A stretch of 64,000 nucleotides of DNA from assembly GCF_009914755.1 (NCBI RefSeq), contig NC_060933.1, one strand, 5' to 3'. The notes beneath the pieces are model-generated. The model made no database searches, was not told the DNA's origin, and saw only the letters and a list, made by a program, of their open reading frames with translations. A program made the position numbers and the translations under genes. The stretch comes from the human T2T-CHM13v2.0 reference genome, Homo sapiens. This document shows positions 54,701 to 64,000 of the stretch, in pieces. Positions within the stretch are counted from its first letter, which is position 1, and every line of letters starts with the position of its first letter.

Positions 54701-55160
54701 GGAATGGAACGGAATGGAATGGAATCAACTCGATTGCAATGTAATGTAATGGAATGGAATGGAATGGAATTAACGCGAATAGAATGGAACGGAATGGAAT
54801 GGAATGGAATGGAATGGAATCAACTCGATTGAAATGGAATGGAATGGAATGGAATGGAATGGAATGGAATGGAATGGAATTAACCCTAATAAAATGGAAT
54901 GGAATGAAATGGAATGGAATGGAATGGAAGGGAATGGAATGGAATGGAATTAACCCGAATAGAATGGAATGGAATGGAATGGAATGGAATGGAATTGAAT
55001 GGAATGGAATCAACTCGATTTCAATGGAATGGAATGGAAAGGAATGGAATGGAATGAAAGGTAATGGAATGGAATGGAATAAAATTAACCCGAATAGAAT
55101 GGAATGGAATGGAATGCAATGGAATGGAATGGAATGGAATTGAATGGAATGGAATGGAAT
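36780..55160 (+). repeat. Tandem higher-order duplication A-B-B-C (36780-47560) / A-B-C (47600-55160); basic unit ~7.6 kb
   Basis: A marker GGAATAAGAGGG at 37562 and 48397. B marker CAACCTGATGC at 40430, 43677 and 51295. C markers TTAACGCGATAG at 46223 and 53786, and AAAAGCATCAATCCC at ~45426 and ~53038. Confidence 0.93.
38230..44720 (+). repeat. Tandem duplication of the ~3.25 kb B block
   Basis: GGAAAGTAATTAACCCG, CTACGCGAGT, TAAGGGTGTTG, GATTGTAGTGG, GGCAAGGACTGG, CAACAAGAAT and GGAATTCCATGG each recur at ~3.2 kb offset. Confidence 0.93.
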
Positions 55161-55249
55161 GGAATGAACCCGTGTGCAATGGAATGGAATGGAATGGAGT
55201 GGAATGGAATGGAATGGATTCAACCCGAATGGAATGGAAAGGAATGGAA

Positions 55250-58200
55250 TCAACCCGAGTGGAATGGCATGGAATGTAGTGGAATGGAATGGAATGGAAT
55301 GGTATGGAATAGAATGGAATGGAACGAAAAGGAATGGAATGGAATGGAATGGAATGGAATCAACCTGAGTGCAATGGAATGGAGTGGAATGGAATGGAAT
55401 GGAATGGAAACAACCCGAATGGAATAGAACGTAATGCAGTGTAAGGGAATTGAGTACAATCAATCCGAATGTAATGGAATGGAATGGAACGGAATGGAAT
55501 GGAATGGAATGGAATGCAGTGGAATGGAATCATACCTAGTGCAATGGAATGGAATGGAATGGAATGGAATGGAATGGAATGGAATGGAATGGAATGGATT
55601 GGATTCAACCCAACTGGAATGGAAAGCAATGGAATCAACAGGAGTGGAATGGCATGGAATGGAATGGAATGAAATGGAATGGAATGGAATGGTACGGAAT
55701 AGAATGGAATGGAACGAAATGGAATGGAATGGAATGGAATGGAACGGAATGGAATGGAATCAACTCGATTGCAATGTAATGTAATGTAATGTAATGGAAT
55801 GGAATTAACGCGAATAGAATGGAACAGAATGGAATGGAATGGAATGGAATGGAATCAATCTGAGTGCAGGGGAATGGAATGGAATGGAATGCAATGGAAT
55901 GGAATGGAATGGAATGCAATGGAATCAACTCGATTGCAATGGGATGGAATGGAATGGAATGGAATGGAATTAACCTGAACAGAATGGAATGGAATGGAAT
56001 GGAACGGAACGTAATGGAATGGAATGGAATGGAATGGAATGGAATGGAATGGAATGGAATGGAATGGAATGCATTGCAATGGAATGGAATCCACCCGAGT
56101 GCAGGGGAATGGAATGGAATGGAATGCAATGGAATGGAGTCATCCGGAATGGAATGGAATGGAATGGAATGCAATGGAAAGGAATCAATCAACCCGAGTG
56201 CAATAGAATGCAGTGGAAAGGAATGGAATGGAATGGAAAGTACCCGAATGGAATGGAATGAAATGGAGTGTAAGGGAATTAAAAAGAATCAATCCGAATG
56301 TAATGGAATGGAATGGAACGGAATGGAATGGAATGGAATGGATTGGAATGGAATGGAATGGAATGAAATGGAATGGCATGGAATGGAATGGAATCAACCC
56401 GAGTGCAATGGAATGGAATGGAATGGAATGGAATGGAATGGATTCAACCCGAATGGAATGGAAAGGAATGGAATAAACCCGAGTGAAATGGTATGGAAGG
56501 GAATGGAATGGAATGGAATGGTACGGAATAGAATGGAATGGAACGAAATGGAATGGAATGGAATGGAATGGAATGGAATGGAATAGAATGGAATGAACCC
56601 GTGTGAAATGCAATGGAATGGAATGGAATGCAATGGAATGGAATGGGTTCAACTCGAATAGAATGGAAAGGAATGGAATCAACCTGAGTGGAATGGCATG
56701 GAACGGAAAGAAATGGAATGGAATGGAATGGAATGGAATGGAATGGAATGGCATGGAACGGAATGAAATGGAACGGAATGGAATGGAATGGAATGGAATG
56801 GAATGGAATGGAATGGAAGGGAATGGAATGGAATGGAATGGAATGGAATTAACCCGAATGGAATGGAATGGAATGGAATGGAATGGAATGGAATGGAATG
56901 GAATGGAATGGAATCAACTCGATTTCAATGGAATGGAATGGAAAGGAATGGAATGGAATAAAAGGGAATGGAATGGAATGGAATGAAATTAACCTTCATA
57001 TAATGGAATGGAATGGAATGGAATGGAATGGAATGGAATGGAATAGAATGGAATCCACCCGAGTGCAGGGGAATGGAATGGAATGGAATGCAATGGAATG
57101 GAATCATACGTAATGGAATGGAATGGAATGGATTCAACCCGAATGGAATGGAACGGAATGGAATCAACCCGACAGGAATGGCATGGAATGGAGTGGAATG
57201 GAATGGAATGGAATGGTTCGGAATAGAATGGAATGGAACGAAATGGAATGGAATGGAATGGAATGGAATGGAATGGAATCAACCTGAGTGCAATGGAATG
57301 GAGTGGAATGGAATGTAATGGAATGGAAAAAACCCGAATGGAATAGAACGTAATGGAGTGTAAGGGAATTGAGTACAATCAATCCGAATGTAATGGAATG
57401 GAATGGAACGGAATGGAATGGAATGGAATGGAATGGAATGCAGTGGAATGGAATCATACATAGTGCAATGGAATGGAATGGAATGGAATGGAATGGAATG
57501 GAATGGAATGGATTGGATTCAACCCAACTGGAATGGAAAGCAATGGAATCAACAGGAGTGGAATGGCATGGAATGGAATGGAATGAAATGGAATGGAATG
57601 GAATGGTACGGAATAGAATGGAATGGAACGAAATGGAATGGAATGGAATGGAATGGAACGGAATGGAATGGAATCAACTCGATTGCAATGTAATGTAATG
57701 TAATGGAATGGAATGGAATTAACGCGAATAGAATGGAACAGAATGGAATGGAATGGAATGGAATGGAATCAATCTGAGTGCAGGGGAATGGAATGGAATG
57801 GAATGCAATGGAATGGAATGGAATGGAATGGAATGGATTGGAATGGAATGGAATGCAATGGAATCAACTCGATTGCAATGGGATGGAATGGAATGGAATG
57901 GAATGGAATTAACCTGAACAGAATGGAATGGAATGGAATGGAACGGAACGTAATGGAATGGAATGGAATGGAATGGAATGGAATGGAATGGAATGGAATG
58001 GAATGCAATGCAATGGAATGGAATCCACCCGAGTGCAGGGGAATGGAATGGAATGGAATGCAATGGAATGGAGTCATCCGGAATGGAATGGAATGGAATG
58101 GAATGGAATGGAAAGGAATCAATCAACCCGAGTGCAATAGAATGCAGTGGAAAGGAATGGAATGGAATGGAAAGTACCCGAATGGAATGGAATGAAATGG

Positions 58201-61200
58201 AGTGTAAGGGAATTAAAAAGAATCAATCCGAATGTAATGGAATGGAATGGAACGGAATGGAATGGAATGGAATGGATTGGAATGGAATGGAATGGAATGA
58301 AATGGAATGGCATGGAATGGAATGGAATCAACCCGAGTGCAATGGAATGGAATGGAATGGAATGGAATGGAATGGAATGGATTCAACCCGAATGGAATGG
58401 AAAGGAATGGAATAAACCCGAGTGAAATGGCATGGAAGGGAAAGGAATGGAATGGAATGGTACGGAATAGAATGGAATGGAACGAAATGGAATGGAATGG
58501 AATGGAATGGAATGGAATGGAATGGAATGGAATGGAATAGAATGGAATGAACCCGTGTGAAATGGAATGGAATGGAATGGAATGGAATGGAATGGAATGG
58601 AATGGAATGCGTTCAACTCGAATAGAATGGAAAGGAATGGAATCAACCCGAGTGGAATGGCATGGAACGGAATGAAATGGAACGGAATGGAATGGAATGG
58701 AATGAAATGGAATGGAATGGAATGGAATGGAATGGAAGGGAAGGGAATGGAATGGAATGGAATGGAATGGAATGGAATGGAATGGAATGGAAGGGAATGG
58801 AATGGAATGGAATGGAATGGAATGGAATGGAATAGAATGGAATCCACCCGAGTGCAGGGGAATGGAATGGAATGGAATGCAATGGAATGGAATCATACGG
58901 AAGGGAATGGAATGGAATGGAATGGATTCAACCCGAATGGAATGGAACGGAATGGAATCAACCCGACTGGAATGGCATGCAATGGAGTGGAATGGAATGG
59001 AATGGAATGGTACGGAATAGAATGGAATGGAACGAAAAGGAATGGAATGGAATGGAATGGAATGGAATCAACCTGAGTGCAATGGAATGGAGTGGAATGG
59101 AATGGAATGGAATGGAAACAACCCGAATGGAATAGAACGTAATGGAGTGTAAGGGAATTGAGTACAATCAATCCGAATGTAATGGAATGGAATGGAACGG
59201 AATGGAATGGAATGGAATGGAATGGAATGCAGTGGAATGGAATCATACCTAGTGCAATGGAATGGAATGGAATGGAATGGAATGGAATGGAATGGAATGG
59301 AATGAAATGGATTGGATTCAACCCAACTGGAATGGAAAGCAATGGAATCAACAGGAGTGGAATGGCATGGAATGGAATGGAATGAAATGGAATGGAATGG
59401 AATGGTACGGAATAGAATGGAATGGAACGAAATGGAATGGAATGGAATGGAATGGAACGGAATGGAATGGAATCAACTCGATTGCAATGTAATGTAATGT
59501 AATGGAATGTAATGGAATTAACGCGAATAGAATGGAACAGAATGGAATGGAATGGAATGGAATGGAATCAATCTGAGTGCAGGGGAATGGAATGGAATGG
59601 AATGCAATGGAATGGAATGGAATGGAATGCAATGGATTGGAATGGAATGGAATGCAATGGAATCAACTCGATTGCAATGGGATGGAATGGAATGGAATGG
59701 AATGGAATTAACCTGAACAGAATGGAATGGAATGGAATGGAACGGAACGTAATGGAATGGAATGGAATGGAATGGAATGGAATGGAATGGAATGGAATGC
59801 AATGCAATGGAATGGAATCCACCCGAGTGCAGGGGAATGGAATGGAATGGAATGCAATGGAATGGAGTCATCCGGAATGGAATGGAATGGAATGGAATGG
59901 AATGGAAAGGAATCAATCAACCCGAGTGCAATAGAATGCAGTGGAAAGGAATGGAATGGAATGGAAAGTACCCGAATGGAATGGAATGAAATGGAGTGTA
60001 AGGGAATTAAAAAGAATCAATCCGAATGTAATGGAATGGAATGGAACGGAATGGAATGGAATGGAATGGATTGGAATGGAATGGAATGGAATGAAATGGA
60101 ATGGCATGGAATGGAATGGAATCAACCCGAGTGCAATGGAATGGAATGGAATGGAATGGAATGGAATGGAATGGATTCAACCCGAATGGAATGGAAAGGA
60201 ATGGAATAAACCCGAGTGAAATGGCATGGAAGGGAATGGAATGGAATGGAATGGTACGGAATAGAATGGAATGGAACGAAATGGAATGGAATGGAATGGA
60301 ATGGAATGGAATGGAATGGAATGGAATGGAATAGAATGGAATGAACCCGTGTGAAATGGAATGGAATGGAATGGAATGGAATGAAATGGAATGGAATGGA
60401 ATGCGTTCAACTCGAATAGAATGGAAAGGAATGGAATCAACCCGAGTGGAATGGCATGGAACGGAATGAAATGGAATGGAATGGAATGGAATGGAATGAA
60501 ATGGAATGGAATGGAATGGAATGGAATGGAATGGAATGGAATGGAATGGAATGGAATGGAATGGAATGGAATGGAATGGAATGGAATGGAATGGAATGGA
60601 ATAGAATGGAATCCACCCGAGTGCAGGGGAATGGAATGGAATGGAATGCAATGGAATGGAATCATACGGAAGGGAATGGAATGGAATGGAATGGATTCAA
60701 CCCGAATGGAATGGAACGGAATGGAATCAACCCGACTGGAATGGCATGCAATGGAGTGGAATGGAATGGAATGGAATGGTACGGAATAGAATGGAATGGA
60801 ACGAAAGGGAATGGAATGGAATGGAATGGAATGGAATCAACCTGAGTGCAATGGAATGGAGTGGAATGGAATGGAATGGAATGGAAACAACCCGAATGGA
60901 ATAGAACGTAATGGAGTGTAAGGGAATTGAGTACAATCAATCCGAATGTAATGGAATGGAATGGAACGGAATGGAATGGAATGGAATGGAATGGAATGCA
61001 GTGGAATGGAATCATACCTAGTGCAATGGAATGGAATGGAATGGAATGGAATGGAATGGAATGAAATGGATTGGATTCAACCCAACTGGAATGGAAAGCA
61101 ATGGAATCAACAGGAGTGGAATGGCATGGAATGGAATGGAATGAAATGGAATGGAATGGAATGGTACGGAATAGAATGGAATGGAACGAAATGGAATGGA

Positions 61201-62250
61201 ATGGAATGGAATGGAACGGAATGGAATGGAATCAACTCGATTGCAATGTAATGTAATGTAATGGAATGGAATGGAATCAATCTGAGTGCAGGGGAATGGA
61301 ATGGAATGGAATGCAATGGAATGGAATGGAATGGAATGCAATGGAATCAACTCGATTGCAATGGGATGGAATGGAATGGAATGGAATGGAATTAACCTGA
61401 ACAGAATGGAATGGAATGGAATGGAACGGAACGTAATGGAATGGAATGGAAGGGAATGGAATGGAATGGAATGGAATGGAATGGAATGCAATGGAATGGA
61501 ATGGGATCAACCCGAGTGCAGGGGAATGGAATGGAATGGAATGCAATGGAATGGAGTCATCCGGAATGGAATGGAATGGAATGGAATGCAATGGAAAGGA
61601 ATCAATCAACCCGAGTGCAATAGAATGCAGTGGAAAGGAATGGAATGGAATGGAAAGTACCCGAAAGGAATGGAATGAAATGGAGTGTAAGGGAATTAAA
61701 AAGAATCAATCCGAATGTAATGGAATGGAATGGAACGGAATGGAATGGAATGGAATGGATTGGAATGGAATGGAATGGAATGAAATGGAATGGCATGGAA
61801 TGGAATGGAATCAACCCGAGTGCAATGGAATGGAATGGAATGGAATGGAATGGAATGGAATGGAATGGATTCAACCCGAATGGAATGGAAAGGAATGGAA
61901 TAAACCCGAGTGAAATGGCATGGAAGGGAATGGAATGGAATGGAATGGTACGGAATAGAATGGAATGGAACGAAATGGAATGGAATGGAATGGAATGGAA
62001 TGGAATGGAATAGAATGGAATGAACCCGTGTGAAATGCAATGGAATGGAATGGAATGCAATGGAATGGAATGGGTTCAACTCGAATAGAATGGAAAGGAA
62101 TGGAATCAACCCGAGTGGAATGGCATGGAACGGAATGAAATGGAATGGAATGGAATGGAATGGAATGAAATGGAATGGAATGGAATGGAATGGAATGGAA
62201 TGGAATGGAATGGAAGGGAATGGAATGGAATGGAATGGAATGGAATTAAC
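55250..62250 (+). repeat. Tandem ~1.8 kb higher-order repeat, about 3.8 copies
   Basis: CAACCCAACTGG...CAACAGGAGT at 55606, 57520, 59319 and 61078 (periods 1914, 1799, 1759). Confidence 0.93.
60503..60602 (+). repeat. Uninterrupted (GGAAT)20 tract, the longest pure run noticed
   Basis: 20 perfect pentamers. Homologous positions in sister units (~29600-29705, ~58710-58830) are interrupted by GGAAG. Confidence 0.85.
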
Positions 62251-64000
62251 CCGAATGGAATGGAATGGAATGGAATGGTACGGAATAGAATGGAATGGAA
62301 CGAAATGGAATGGAATGGAATGGAATGGAACAGAATGGAATGGAATCAACTCGATTGCAATGTAATGTAATGGAATGGAATGGAATGGAATTAACTCGAA
62401 TAGAATGGAACAGAATGGAATGGAATGGAATGGAATCAATCTGAGTGCAGGGGAATGGAATGGAATGGAATGCAATGGAATGGAATGGAATGGAATGCAA
62501 TGGAATCAACTCGATTGCAATGGGATGGAATGGAATGGAAAGGAATGGAATTAACCTGAACAGAATGGAATGGAATGGAATGGAAAGGAACGGAACGGAA
62601 TGGAATGGAATGGAATGGAATGGAATGGAATGGAATGGAATGCAATGCAATGGAATGGGATCAACCCGAGTGCAGGGGAATGGAATGGAATGGAATGCAA
62701 TGGAATGGAGTCATCCGGAATGGAATGAAATGGAATGGAATGCAATGGAAAGGAATCAATCAACCCGAGTGCAATAGAATGCAGTGGAAAGGAATGGAAT
62801 GGAATGGAAAGTACCCGAATGGAATGGAATGAAATGGAGTGTAAGGGAATTAAAAAGAATCAATCCGAATGTAATGGAATGGAATGGAACGGAATGGAAT
62901 GGAATGGAATGGAATCAACTCGATATCAATGGAATGGAATGGAAAGGAATGGAATGGAATGAAAGGGAATGAATTGGAATGGAATGAAATTAACCCGAAC
63001 AGAATGGATTGGAATGGAATGGAATGGAATGGAATGGAATAGAATGGAATCAACCCGAGTGCAGGGGAATGGAAAGGAATGGAATGCAATGGAATGGAAT
63101 CATACGGATTGGAATGGAATGGAATGGAATGGAATGGATTCAACCCGAATGGAATGGAAAGGAATGGAATCAACCCGAGTGGAATGGCATGGAATGGAGT
63201 GGAATGGAATGGAATGGAATGGTATGGAATAGAATGGAATGGAACGAAGTGGAATGCAATGGAATGGAATGGAACGGAATGGAATGGAATGGAATGGAAT
63301 CAACCTGAGTGCAATGGAATGGAGTGGAATGGAATGTAATAGAATGGAAACAGCCCGAATGGAATGGAATGTAATGGAGTGTAAGGGAATTGAGTGCAAT
63401 CAATCCGAATGTAATGGAATGGAATGGAACGGAATGGAATGGAAAGGAATGCAGTGGAATGGAATCATACCTAGTGCAATGCAATGGAATGGAATGGAAT
63501 GGAAAGGAATGGAATGGAAGGGAATGGAATGGATTGGATTCAACCCAAATGGAATGGAAAGGAATGGAATCAACCCGAGTGGAATGGCATTGAATGGAAT
63601 GGAATGAAATGGAATGGAATGGAATGGTACGGAATAGAATGGAATGGAACGAAATGGAATGGAATGGAATGGAATGGAACGGAATGGAATGGAATCAACT
63701 CGATTGCAATGTAATGTAATGGAATGGAACGGAATGGAATTAAGGCGAATAGAATGGAACGGAATGGAATGGAATGGAATGGAATGGAAAGGAATCAACT
63801 CGATTGAAATGGAATGGAATGGAATGGAATGGAATGGAATGGAATGGAATGGAATGGAATTAACCCTAATAAAATGGAATGGAATGGAATGGAATGCAAT
63901 GGAATGGAAGGGAATGGAATGGAATGGAATGGAATGGAATGGAATGGAATGGAATTAACCCGAATAGAATGGAATGGAATGGAATGGAATGGAATGGAAT

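Larger units (their letters stand above)
8450..64000 (+). repeat. Satellite III (HSat3) array, G-rich (GGAAT)n strand on top
   Basis: Continuous degenerate GGAAT pentamers with CAACCCGAGT / TAACCCGAAT / CAACTCGATT spacers. Same variant vocabulary as 1-8451 in reverse complement. Confidence 0.97.

Noticed and set aside
184-63958. Hundreds of ORFs (MEWNG / IPFHS repeats) as protein-coding genes
   Set aside because: They are open in all six frames only because the 5-mer lacks stop codons. They overlap each other, with no domains or gene structure.
8451-64000. CRISPR-like repeat/spacer array
   Set aside because: The 'spacers' are a few recurrent 10-bp variants, the repeat tracts vary in length, and there are no unique spacers, leader or cas genes.
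1-64000. HSat2, alpha satellite, telomeric repeat or DYZ1
   Set aside because: It lacks the frequent CATTCGATTC / GATGATTCCATTCG pattern of HSat2, any 171-bp monomer, TTAGGG tracts and a consistent ~3.5 kb DYZ1 unit. CAACCCGA(G/A)T spacers indicate HSat3.
1-64000. Definite assignment to human chr9q12
   Set aside because: It is compatible (spacer type, inversion, no single dominant HOR), but it needs sub-family k-mer or alignment evidence. Other chromosomes or great apes are not excluded.

Overview
The whole 64 kb is classical Satellite III (HSat3, human or another great ape): degenerate (CATTC/GGAAT)n broken by the Sat3-diagnostic 10-bp A(C/T)TCGGGTTG / CAACCCGA(G/A)T spacer and its variants. 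I find no genes, RNA genes, transposons, CRISPR arrays or unique sequence. The ORF track (WNGME / IPFHS pentapeptides) is an artefact of a stop-free pentamer. The informative signal is structural. (1) There is one sharp strand switch at 8450/8451, CATTC to the left and GGAAT to the right, with 2-bp microhomology, a near spacer-less hairpin and inverted homology blocks on both sides. (2) Duplications are nested at offsets of 0.41, 0.73, 1.8, 2.4, 3.2, 4.1, 4.5, 7.6/10.8, 8.1 and 30.9 kb, and one crossover junction is readable as a hybrid. (3) The array is built from fixed-length cassettes shuffled at pure GGAAT tracts, in two interleaved sub-families. (4) Every pentamer phase shift is -1 mod 5. 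(5) One sub-family carries a variant that makes a perfect heat-shock element, GGAATCTTCCGGAAT. I see no evidence of a new protein-coding system. Chromosome and species cannot be fixed from the sequence; a chr9q12-like inversion-rich array is plausible but is inference. Block boundaries were read by eye (about +/-50 bp).
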